A DNA stretch of 64,000 bases, from contig CP070758.1 in the NCBI GenBank assembly GCA_020348925.1, positions 4,231,688 through 4,295,687 on the forward strand. The letters run 5' to 3'. Position numbers and translations under genes: made by a program. Source of the DNA: Gemmatimonadota bacterium. Its GTDB lineage: Bacteria > JBHIER01 > G020348925. The notes below the pieces were generated by a model. That model saw only the letters and a program-made list of their open reading frames with translations, did no database searches and was not told where the DNA came from. Shown one piece after another: positions 38,710 through 48,800 of the stretch; the first letter of the stretch is position 1; each line of letters begins with the position of its first letter.

Positions 38710-38744
38710 AAAGGCCACCCAGGATAGAACCTGGATGGCCTTTT
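38710..38744. terminator. Intrinsic terminator after the 38762-40627 gene
   Basis: aaaggccacccagg-atagaa-cctggatggccttt hairpin with A/T tails. Confidence 0.65.
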
Positions 38745-38761
38745 CGTACATACGCAGCGAT

Positions 38762-40627
38762 TTACTTCATGAGAACCATTCGCTTAGTAGACGTGAATTC
38801 GTTGGCTATAATCCTAAAGAAGTACACACCACTGGGTGCATCGGTGGCATTCCATCTGACAGTATAGGTACCTTTAACCTGGTGTTCATTTACAAGTGTA
38901 GCTACCTTTTGCCCGAGCAAATTGAAAACTTCTACTCTGACCTCACCTTCAATGGGAATGACATATCCGATTTCAGTCTCAGGATTGAATGGATTCGGGT
39001 AATTTTGAAAGAGAGCATAGGAACTTGGAGAGGAAGCAACTGTCTTGGCACGGCCTTTCAATCGGATAACAACACAGTCGCTGCCCTCTATCAAGCGCCC
39101 TTTGAATGTTGCACCGGTCAGAGTCAAAACCAACTCTTCACCATCCTCAATCTCTCCCAGAACTGCCACAATCTCCTGAGTATTATACTTCAGGGTTAGA
39201 TCATCGAACCCATCGGGTCCCTGTGTGGAGCAACTGCACAACTCACCCTCGTAGGGTGCCGCAACATCCTCAATAGACCAGCGTAAAGGAGGGACACCTT
39301 CAAGCTTTATTGTTGCAGGATCAACAATCGTCACATCAAAATTCTCATTACCCAAGATGGCCACCGGGAGTTTCCCTTTATCCGTGTTATTAAAAGGATT
39401 GGGACACGATGTCGGCTTGATATCGACATGAACCAAGAGAGGCGGGAAAACCTTCTGCAATGTAAGGAGTGCCCAGGTAGTGGAGAGGACCGAATCACCA
39501 CCAACCCAACCGTCCCAGATGTCAGGTCCCCAGGATCCATTAGCGTGTTGTGAAACCACTATGGAATCTGAAACTTCATCAAACCAGTCAAATCCACCAA
39601 TTTCCTCAATCCCAAAGGCTTCCAATCCTTTCATCAAAGTGAACATAGCTTGATAGTTACCATGCCATCCCTGAGGGCCTGGCCAAGTATTGCCAGGATC
39701 AGCCCAATGACGGACTATATAGTCGATTGCATCAAGCACCCTCTGGGTCGCCACATCGTCTCCATACCACTCCATTTCGGATAGCAAGTTACCGGTTTCG
39801 AGGATGTTTACCGTTTGATATCCGGCCGTGGTATCGTTAGGTTGAAAGTATGCCGATCCCCCATCAAACTGATCTCCATCCACATCGTTCTGGATGTAAT
39901 CTATCCATAAGCCAGGATCTCCCAATTCATCCTTCACAAACTGTGGTACTGTCAAACCAAATCCATGAGGTGGAGAGGATTCAGCAAACCTTAGTCCCAG
40001 AGTTGCATACCCGGAATTGGAATTATCGCCATTAAGGGAATTATCCGTATATCCCCAACTTCCTCTCCATATTCCGGCATCAATCTGTCCAAAAGCCAGG
40101 AAATCCACTACATCTACAGCGACGTCATAGTAAGTCCAGCCATCTACAGGGCTATCCGGAACATCTACCACACTATCCGGGGTGTTGCTCTCGACAATAG
40201 CCATCAATGCTATACCAGTTTCATAGGTTTCACCTCCGGAGAAGCCCACTCCTATGCCATCACCATCTGAGTCAGGATCACCTGCAGGCTGAGGAACGAT
40301 CGCATGGGTGGAAGCGTTCAAGAAAAGATAATTCAATCCTCGTTGGACAAGCTCATGATAGGGATAGTTCGGATCCAAAGGGGATTCATATCCCATCAAT
40401 GTGGCATGATGTTCAAATTTCTTGACAGCTAATCCTGTTTTCCCAACCTTCTGGTCGATACCCCACGATCCAAAGTCTGGTCCAGGGGTTGTTTCCTGCT
40501 TCGCCGCCAACCAGGCCAGGCCATTATTAATCGCACCCTGGATCTCGTCTTTAGTGGCTCCATCTACCACCTGTATACTCATTGAAAAGGCCACCAAAAC
40601 AGCAATAACAAATACAATCCTTTTCAT
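38762..40627 (-). CDS. Secreted alpha/alpha-toroid (prenyltransferase/squalene-cyclase-repeat-like) protein with DIKP domain and C-terminal sorting domain
   Basis: MKRIVFVIAVLVAF signal after ggagg; AINNGLAWLAAKQ..GSW, GSWGY..DNSNSGYATLGL, SQHANGSW; VDIKPTSCPNP..DGFDDL; LFQNYPNPFNP tail. Confidence 0.8.
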   Translation of the reverse strand: MKRIVFVIAVLVAFSMSIQVVDGATKDEIQGAINNGLAWLAAKQETTPGPDFGSWGIDQKVGKTGLAVKKFEHHATLMGYESPLDPNYPYHELVQRGLNYLFLNASTHAIVPQPAGDPDSDGDGIGVGFSGGETYETGIALMAIVESNTPDSVVDVPDSPVDGWTYYDVAVDVVDFLAFGQIDAGIWRGSWGYTDNSLNGDNSNSGYATLGLRFAESSPPHGFGLTVPQFVKDELGDPGLWIDYIQNDVDGDQFDGGSAYFQPNDTTAGYQTVNILETGNLLSEMEWYGDDVATQRVLDAIDYIVRHWADPGNTWPGPQGWHGNYQAMFTLMKGLEAFGIEEIGGFDWFDEVSDSIVVSQHANGSWGPDIWDGWVGGDSVLSTTWALLTLQKVFPPLLVHVDIKPTSCPNPFNNTDKGKLPVAILGNENFDVTIVDPATIKLEGVPPLRWSIEDVAAPYEGELCSCSTQGPDGFDDLTLKYNTQEIVAVLGEIEDGEELVLTLTGATFKGRLIEGSDCVVIRLKGRAKTVASSPSSYALFQNYPNPFNPETEIGYVIPIEGEVRVEVFNLLGQKVATLVNEHQVKGTYTVRWNATDAPSGVYFFRIIANEFTSTKRMVLMK

Positions 40628-40771
40628 CTTTTCCTCCAATGAGTCCCCCTTTAGACAGGACTCCATTTGTGGGGTAAGTTTAAAAATCAACATCATTCCC
40701 CATCCCTTCTTGCACACCCTCACTCGATTTCTCAGTTCCAGGGTAGTTCTGTTAATCATTACCTCCTTTCT

Positions 40772-40810
40772 TTAAAATGTTCTTATCAAAAGTGAAGTTA
40801 TCGTTCGCAT
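40772..40810 (-). CDS. Putative 12-aa upstream ORF MRTITSLLIRTF
   Basis: AAGGAGGTGA Shine-Dalgarno 4 nt before ATG 40810; TAA at 40772-40774. Confidence 0.35.
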   Translation of the reverse strand: MRTITSLLIRTF

Positions 40811-40886
40811 TCCATCACCTCCTTTTCGACCTGGAACTGTTACGATATGATTATTGAAGAGATCAATTGATATCAACCAATTAATT

Positions 40887-40903
40887 CGCAAATATTATAC
40901 CAA
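40887..40903 (-). promoter_or_regulatory. Candidate sigma54 (-24/-12) promoter overlapping an extended -10
   Basis: Minus strand TTGGTATAATATTTGCG gives GG-N10-GC and also TGnTATAAT. Confidence 0.5.
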
Positions 40904-41239
40904 GATTGGTTTAAATAATTGGGAGGGTCTAACGCATTGGGAGAGAGAAAGAATACTCTTTCTATTAACTAATGACAGAAAAAAAGGGGGTATTTAAAAT
41001 GCAATATTTGCGTTGATGTGCATTATTTCATTTTGCGCATACCTTTAAAAAGGGCATTGTCACGGTAAGAAAGTCCCCTACTTAGAAAAATTAAAATTTT
41101 TCGCTCAAATTTGTTTAGCCTTTGGCGTTTGTATACCTTTTGGGGTTTCCTGTTTAACCTACAGAAGGTCAATCTTCAGCAAAGAGATCTTCGTTTGTCC
41201 GGTTAATTTCTGTCATTTTTGGTTGAAATATACTCTTGC

Positions 41240-41290
41240 CGTGACTTTGCAAAAGTGATTATTTTCTTTGATAACACTCGCTTTTGGTGG
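41240..41290. mobile_element. IS-like terminal inverted repeat remnant (right side of island)
   Basis: cgtgactttgca followed by a 26-bp segment shared with 36698-36723. Confidence 0.45.
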
Positions 41291-41878
41291 TTCTAATTGT
41301 AACCCCTATATATAGTATTCTATGAATCTCCTTAAGGTCACATATCAAGCATTTTTTCGGTGCATTTTCTGAGATCTGATCAGATTGCGAAATTTCCCCA
41401 GAAACATGCATTTCCTATTTCACCCGAAAAGTAATTGTTATCTTTGATATTTCACTCTTATCTTAAGTTACTCTATAATATTCCCCAAACTCCTTGAGAA
41501 TACCGGCAAGATTTTCACCGTATCACTGACACGTTTTGTACAGGCGGAGTTGGGTACATCCTACTTTTTCGCCGCCCTATGCTCTTCGGAGCAATGAAGG
41601 GTATACCCGATCAGTTTGTGACCGTTTATGGATCCATTTCCGGCAGTGAAGTAGGCGGAAAGTTCTTGGGCGTGTGCATGCGATCCCTCTTTTGCTGAGG
41701 CACAACACTCGCCACGATGAATCGTTGCACTCCAGAGACCTGCACGATGGATTGAAAAAAGAAGAGCGTGAAATGATGTATTTCTTCAGATCTTTCACCT
41801 GCTTCGATTTTCAGATTTTCGAAGCCTCAAAAACTCCGAGAGTAGTGCTTCTTTGATGAAGATAGTATAAAGGATCGA

Positions 41879-43747
41879 TCAAAGTTTATCAAGAACCCAC
41901 TCGATCTGAAGCTCCCAGAGTTTCTCCGGTGTCGGGATTCCGTTCTCCGGGTCCCAGCCCATCATCTTGTAGTACGTCCGAATGGCCTCCTTCATCTCCT
42001 TGGGATCGAGAGCCACGCCTTTGAGAGGTCCCCGCTCGAAAGGCTGGAACATTCTCGGAGGCAGCTTATCGTCATCCGGTGTCAGCCCCTGAATCACATT
42101 GAAAGCTCTTGCCAGAGTGATCGCTCGCTCTCCGACTTTCATCCCTTCCCAGACCGACGTGCTCCAGCCCGTGGCGGCTCCGACGGCCTGCATGATCTGC
42201 TGCGGCGAGAAGGGAATGAAGACGCACATGGGCGCTGAATCGCACAGGTTCTGCCACTGCTGGCGGTAGATGAACATGGCCACCTTGCGGGGGCTCAGGT
42301 CGGAGGCCGGCAGCGGCTCGATAATACCCAAGGGTTTGGATTGCTCGAAACGACCGCTGGGACTATCGAAGTAGGTGTCCTGAAAACCGGTGCCGTGATC
42401 GCCCCCGTGAGAAGCCACGGCATAGCCAAGCCCGGTGCCGGGCTTCAGCCTGGCCTCGTGCATGCCCATGTCGACCCCCTTGACCTGATGGGCATATTGT
42501 AAGGCCTCCGGGCCGATCTTCTCCGCCGCGCGACGGCTTCCCTCTGCCAGCAGATCCCCAATGCCGTCCCGTTGGGCAATCCGCGCGACCGTCTCGAGCA
42601 TCGCCTCGGCGTTCCCAAAGGTCAACTCCATGCCGTTCGTATCGACCTTTGTCAACAAACCGTTCTCAAAACATTCCATGGCGAAGGCGATGGTGCTTCC
42701 CATCGAAATAGTATCCAGGGAGTTGGCCTGACACAGGTGATGAGCCCGGGCAATGGCCTTGACGTCGTCGATACCGCAGTTGGCCCCCAGGGCTGCCAAG
42801 GTCTCGTATTCCGGACCACCGTATGCCGGATCAACCGTGTAAGGCTCCCTCACCCGGACAATCTTTTTGCACCGAATGGGACAGCCGGGACACCCTTTCA
42901 TGCCAATGCGGATAGTATCGCGAACGGCCTGTGCGGAGATTCTGTCCGTACCCTCGAAGATACCGTCGCGCCAGTTGCGGGTGGGCATGTTGCCTGTTTC
43001 GAGCGATTCGAGCATGTCACTGCCGGTGCCAAAATCGTGGAGCGCCTTGGCCTGTTTTCTGAAATGTTTGGCAAGCCACCTGTTCACACCTTTGACGCCC
43101 TCGGCCTTGAACATCTTCGGTCGCTGTCTCCCTTTGACAGCCACCGCCTTCAAATTTTTCGAGCCCATGACAGCACCCATGCCGGTGCGCCCGACGGCGC
43201 CGTGGAGATCATGAATGACGCAGGCGAATCGGACCAGGTTTTCCCCCCCCGGTCCAATCTGTGCCACACGTATGTCATCGTCATGGTGATTCTTATGAAT
43301 CACGGCCTGACACTCTTTCGTCTCCAAGCCCCACAGGTGCCCCGCATCCCGCATCTCGACCTGTCCGTTTTTCACCCAGAGATACATGGGTTGTTTTGCT
43401 CTGCCTTCCACAATGATGGCGTCGAAACCGGCTCTTTTCAACTCAGCCCCCCAGTACCAGCCGACCTCTCCCTTGCCGAAGCCTCCGGACAACGGTGACT
43501 TTGCCCCTACGACATGGCGGGCGGCACCGGCCAGAGGCATACCGGTCAGAGGGCCTGCGGCGAAGACGAGCTTATTGTCAGGTCCCAAGGGATCCACATC
43601 GGAACGCAATTCCTCCACCAGAATCCGTCCGATAAAACCAACGCCGCCGAGATAACGCCGGTAGAATAATTCGTCCCGATTCTCGACAGAGGCGGACTCG
43701 TCCGTCAGATTGACCCGAAGTATCTTGCCGGTATATGCCCAATCCAA
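41879..43747 (-). CDS. aor: Aldehyde:ferredoxin oxidoreductase (tungsten AOR family)
   Basis: aaggaggt RBS with TTG start (DWAYTGKILRVNL); KSPLSG, IGPGGENLV, GRTGMGAVMGSKNLKAV, CPGCPIRC, GPEYET, DTISMG and D.LPPR. Confidence 0.92.
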   Translation of the reverse strand: MDWAYTGKILRVNLTDESASVENRDELFYRRYLGGVGFIGRILVEELRSDVDPLGPDNKLVFAAGPLTGMPLAGAARHVVGAKSPLSGGFGKGEVGWYWGAELKRAGFDAIIVEGRAKQPMYLWVKNGQVEMRDAGHLWGLETKECQAVIHKNHHDDDIRVAQIGPGGENLVRFACVIHDLHGAVGRTGMGAVMGSKNLKAVAVKGRQRPKMFKAEGVKGVNRWLAKHFRKQAKALHDFGTGSDMLESLETGNMPTRNWRDGIFEGTDRISAQAVRDTIRIGMKGCPGCPIRCKKIVRVREPYTVDPAYGGPEYETLAALGANCGIDDVKAIARAHHLCQANSLDTISMGSTIAFAMECFENGLLTKVDTNGMELTFGNAEAMLETVARIAQRDGIGDLLAEGSRRAAEKIGPEALQYAHQVKGVDMGMHEARLKPGTGLGYAVASHGGDHGTGFQDTYFDSPSGRFEQSKPLGIIEPLPASDLSPRKVAMFIYRQQWQNLCDSAPMCVFIPFSPQQIMQAVGAATGWSTSVWEGMKVGERAITLARAFNVIQGLTPDDDKLPPRMFQPFERGPLKGVALDPKEMKEAIRTYYKMMGWDPENGIPTPEKLWELQIEWVLDKL

Positions 43748-43799
43748 GATGGAACCTCCTTTCGATAAAAAACATGAAAAGTTGGACGCACCATGTATC

Positions 43800-44942
43800 T
43801 CATTCTTCGCTCGCACAGTGTGGCTCCGGCGCACGATCCAATGGCACCAAGGTATAATCCCGGGAGCCGAGACCGATCCTCTCCGCATACTCGATGATGT
43901 CGTAGGGATAGATGTCAGGCCATAAGGTCTGCCATTTGTCGTCATCCTTCGGGGTTTTTTCAGACAGAGCCGAATTCGGTAGAGGTGCGTGCTCGTTGAC
44001 GAGGTCGAGAGCGGCCTGGTCGATGGCCACAGGATCGTCGGAGGCCAGAATGCCCAGATCCGGAACGATGGGGGCATCGGCCCAACGGTTGCAGTCACAA
44101 TCCGGAGTGATCTCGGTCAGAAAGCTCATGTAGCCGAATTTCGCCCGCGAGTGGCGGACGATTCCCAGGGCGTACTCGGCCATCTTTTCGTGCATCTCGT
44201 GCGTCGCCTCGCGGGGTGCGGTGATGGCCTCACAGGGGCAGACGTGGGTACATTCCAGACACCCCATGCATAATTCCCGCGAGAGAACGGCCGCCCCGCC
44301 CACGACCCGGATGGCGCCGGCAGGACAGTGTTCGACGCACTCGCCGCATGCGCTGCAGCGCTCGGGGTCAACCTGGGGGAGATCCTTGCAGTGCATCTCC
44401 TGCTTGCCTCTGCGGCTGGCGCAGCCCATGGCGACATTCTTGATCGTGCCGCCGAACCCGTGGGAGATATGGCCCTTGAAGTGGGTCGCAACAATGACGG
44501 CGTTTGAGTAGTAGATATCCGATGCGATGTGGATCGTATCGAAATAATTGAAGTCGACCGGAACGTCGACGGTACTGTGGCCCAACAGGCCATCGGCCAC
44601 CAGAATGGGCGCACCGACGACAGGGTAAGCGAAGCCATTGGTGATGGCCGTGTTGAGATGGTCGACCGCGTTCGTTCGTGTGCGGATATAGAGCGTCCCG
44701 CTGTCAGTCAGGTACGGTTTCCCGCCGAGCTCTTTGATTCTATCCACTATTTGGCGAATGAACAGGGGACGGATGAAGGCCGTGTTGCCCTGCTCACCAA
44801 AATGCAGTTTCACGGCAACCAGGTCATCCGGCTGGACAAACGTGCCGAAACCGGCCCGATCGAAGAGCCAGCGGATCTTATGCAGCAGTCCTTCATCCTG
44901 TTTTCTCGATCTCATATCCGCAAAGTATACAGTACTTGACAT
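43800..44942 (-). CDS. DUF362 protein with inserted 2x[4Fe-4S] ferredoxin domain
   Basis: VAVKLHFGEQGN, THFKGH..GFGGTIKNVAMGCASRRGK, CSACGECVEHCP, CMGCLECTHVCP, PDCDC and DPVAIDQA. Confidence 0.9.
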   Translation of the reverse strand: MSSTVYFADMRSRKQDEGLLHKIRWLFDRAGFGTFVQPDDLVAVKLHFGEQGNTAFIRPLFIRQIVDRIKELGGKPYLTDSGTLYIRTRTNAVDHLNTAITNGFAYPVVGAPILVADGLLGHSTVDVPVDFNYFDTIHIASDIYYSNAVIVATHFKGHISHGFGGTIKNVAMGCASRRGKQEMHCKDLPQVDPERCSACGECVEHCPAGAIRVVGGAAVLSRELCMGCLECTHVCPCEAITAPREATHEMHEKMAEYALGIVRHSRAKFGYMSFLTEITPDCDCNRWADAPIVPDLGILASDDPVAIDQAALDLVNEHAPLPNSALSEKTPKDDDKWQTLWPDIYPYDIIEYAERIGLGSRDYTLVPLDRAPEPHCASEE

Positions 44943-45568
44943 GTTTGCCTCCTGTCATGTGCTCGTCTCATCCCAAATACGCTACAACCATGCGTCCACC
45001 TCAACGCTATGGTCGTATGACATCTTCTCCCAATTACCAGTCTCGTGTCAGGAATTTCTGACCGGAAGGGTTGCAAATGCAATGCGAAAACAGCCCTATT
45101 TTTATACTTTTTAATATAACGCTTCCGAATCCAAATTGCAAGTTCAGCCACCATAATCAATTATAAGTAAGCAGCTTGCATCAACAGAGCGGCTGCCGTC
45201 ACGGCTCGGGGAGAGACGAAAGCTGTGAACATGGAGCGGTTCGGTAGCATCGTACCGGGATTCACATCTTTCCTTTTCTGATAGAACATTTTGCCGACCT
45301 GTGATTGCGAGCTTGGTTATACAAGCTTTTGTATTTTAATGAGAAAGGGATTCTCCTTGGGGGTAATCCCTGAACGCGGGAGCGTGCCTTGCAAGTCGGG
45401 ACGGCCACTCATGTTGTGGCAATTGTTCATGTCAGAGATCGCTCAGGACTCGCCCGTGTACTGTTCAAGGTCAGGAAATCACAGAGACTACTCTTTGGGA
45501 AGGATCTCACACGGAACACATGCGTCTAAAAGGTAACATTGCTTTTTCGAAGACCGAGAAAAAAGGAC

Positions 45569-45597
45569 TTGACAAATATAATGGAACTCTTTAATTT
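45569..45597 (+). promoter_or_regulatory. sigma70-type promoter upstream of the structured RNA and sprA
   Basis: TTGACA-N17-TAATTT preceded by an A-tract. Confidence 0.6.
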
Positions 45598-45603
45598 GTA
45601 AAT

Positions 45604-45834
45604 GTGTTGTATTGAAGGAATCCAAATTATACGTTGAAAAGGAGGCTGGTGCCTATATCCGTTCGTTAAGGGAGTTGGTTGCTACGTAAAAGAGGTCGGA
45701 ATTGACCTCTCAAGCAAGAATAAACGTCAGGTAGTTCAGTGAGCAACCAAGGCCTTTGAACGAACGATGGGTGTACAGCCTTTTTATCATATTATCTTAT
45801 CAAAGGCCAGGTTGCCCAAATCTGGCCTTTTTTT
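45604..45834 (+). ncRNA. Structured non-coding RNA candidate (long rod; 6S-like or cis-regulatory leader)
   Basis: 45638-45685 pairs with 45739-45785 over about 40 bp with several G-U pairs and bulges; apical agaggtc/gacctct hairpin; own promoter and terminator. Confidence 0.55.
45802..45834 (+). terminator. Intrinsic terminator between the RNA candidate and sprA
   Basis: aaaggccaggtt-gccca-aatctggcc followed by 7 T. Confidence 0.8.
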
Positions 45835-45889
45835 GTGCAGGCCTTGAGGACGCAATCGAACGTAAACCGTACGTCTATCGCTGAAATCC

Positions 45890-48800
45890 ATGGAAAGATA
45901 CGGCGACATTCCGGTTGAGTCGGACAAGACCACGGTTTCTTTGTGGATCCCCCCGAAGGAGCTTTTTCTTGTTCTTCTCCTCTCTTTTTTCTCACTGGTC
46001 TCTTCATCCTCGTGGGGAAGTATTACTGTTCCTCCCCTCAATGGAGTGGCAGACCGTGCCGTGAGCCTCTGGGACACGGCTCCCCTGAAACCTTTGAGCA
46101 TAGCCTATCCTTCAGTTCCGGCCTTAATTGTGAATACCAAGGGGTTCACAAGGGATATCTCGGTTGACCCGGAAAAGAGGATTATTACCTTAAAGGAGAC
46201 GGTGCATGGTCTCGAGTTGAAAAGACCCCTCATTTTCGAATTGAACACATTCGTCAAAGTAAAATCCTTGGAGGCGTTACCCAGGTTGCTGCGGGAGGAG
46301 CGCCGGAAAGCCCTGACCGAGGAGCAGGCCGCCGGGACGAAGAGGGCTGGTATCAATATCGACATCCCGGTAAAATTTCCAAAGGCGTTATCTCGCATTA
46401 TCGGTGAGGGGGGCGGTCTCAAAATTACGGGGTACAGGAAAATCAATTTCTCCGGGCGGAGCGAGTGGACGGAGGGGGACGTGCTCACGGCCACGCACCG
46501 CCCCTCGAAATTTCCCTCCCTCGTCATGGAACAGCGATCGCAATTCAAGATCGAAGGGACCATCGGTGAGAAGATACATGTCTATGTCGATCAGGATTCG
46601 GAGCGGATGACAGAATTGGAGAATGCCATCCGAATCAACTACAAAGGCTCGGAGGATGAGATCGTCCAGGAGATCCAGGCGGGCAATACGTCCCTGTCCC
46701 TGCCCGGTACACAATTCGTCAGTTTCAGCCAGCAGAACAAAGGGCTCTTCGGGATCAAGGCCTCGGCCAAAATCGGTCCGGTCGATCTCGTGGCCATCGC
46801 CAGCCAGGATAAGGGAGCGGGACAAAGAAAGTCCTTCCAGGCCGGGGCCGAGAGCTCGGCCGATAAAATTCCGGACTATCGCTACGATACAAGCCGCTAT
46901 TTTTTTCTGGATGCGATGTATGTGAAGAACTACTACGAGAACTACACCCAGGATTGGAAACACATTGCTGCTAACGAAAGAATCGACAGCCTCGAGGTCT
47001 TCATCGATGACAACATAAACAACGACCTGGAGGGAAGGGGCAAGCTTGCCGACGCTGTTGTGAATCCACAATCTGATGACACGACGACATTCGACGACAT
47101 AGGGGACGATGAAAACCATCATGGATACTTCGACCTTTTGGACCCCGACGAATACTTTGTGCAGAAGGATCTGGGCTACATTCGGCTCAATTCGACCATA
47201 ACCGGGGAAAAGACCTTGGCTGTGAGATACAAACTGGTGAACAGTACAACCTGGGTCGGCACGGCACCGAGCGATACGAGCAGCGACTTGCTATTGAAGT
47301 TGATCAGACCGGGGAGTCCACGGCCCAGCCATGATACCTGGGATCTCTCATGGAAGAACGTTTACTCCCTGGGAAGAATATCCGAGGACGGTTTGGACAT
47401 AAAAATTTACTTCGACACAGCCGGCGAGGAGGATGACGACTCACAGGGCGGTGACAAATACGTGACCATCATGGGACTCGATAAGTACAACAATGCAAAT
47501 CCCGGCACACAGCTACCGGACAATCTGTTTGACGCGTTCGACAGATCTCTCGTCAATTATGAACTTGGTGAGCTCCACTTTCCCCAGCAACGGCCCTTTG
47601 CTCCTGATACCGCCCTTTTTGGGATTCCTCTCAACACGCCTGTTCCGGAGATCTATGATGAGTCCAATACTACCCTTCGACAACAGGCCACTAAGTATTA
47701 CATCGCCGTTGAATCGCAAACGCGGAAGACGTCTTACAGCCTGGGCATCAATATCATTGAGGGCTCGGAGGTGGTCAAGCTCAACGGGCGGGCGCTCCAG
47801 AGGAACAAGGATTACAACATCATCTATGAGGTCGGTCAGATCACGTTTTTGACGGATGAGGCCATGGATCCCTCTGCGGATATTACGGTGGACTACGAGT
47901 ATGCGCCCTTTTTCATGCCGGAGAAAAAGACTCTGTTGGGCTTTCGAGCCGACTATTCCTTCTGGGAGGACGCGTCCTGGGGAGCGACTTTTCTGTATCG
48001 GAGTGAAAGCACCATAGACCGCCGTATCCGCCTGGGTCAGGAGCCCTCGCGGGCCATCGTCTGGGACTCCGACATTCACCTCAATTTCGAGCCCCAGATT
48101 CTGACGGACATGGTGGATGCCCTGCCCTTCGTGCGGACCAATGCGCCGTCGGCTCTCAAAATCGACGGTGAGGTCGCCCAGAGCTTGCCCAACTCGAACA
48201 CAAAGGGCGATGCCTACGTGGACGATTTCGACGGCAGTAAGAATACGACGAGCTTGGGAGTCATGAGGGGCCACTGGACTCTGGCCAGCCCACCGAGTTC
48301 CGATGATCCTGTCAGGGGTCAATACTCGATCTGGAGTCGTTGGCAGTCCTTTTACTGGTACAATCCTTACACACAGGTGAGTGTAACGGATATCTGGCCT
48401 GAAAAAGAGGTCCTCGGCCGGGAGAACAAGACCCACGTGCTGACCCTCGAGTTCACACCCAAATCAGATCCCATCTATAACCCAAATCCGGCCAACTCCT
48501 GGGCCGGAGTGATGCGGGCGCTCTCTCAGGGGAACTACAATCAGTCGCTCAACAAGTACCTCGAAGTCTGGGTGCAGGGATCCAGCGGCCAAGTGAACAT
48601 CGATCTCGGTCTCATCAGCGAGGACGTCATTCCCAACGGCAAGCTCGATTCCGAGGATATTGGTGCGGATACTGGAGTGGGAGATGGAATCCTGGACAAA
48701 GATCCCGACGAAGATGTAGGAATGGACGGTATGGCCGACGGCGACCCAAGAGCCGTTGCTGCCGGGGGAGATTTCTGGGATATTGACAGTATCGGCTCGA

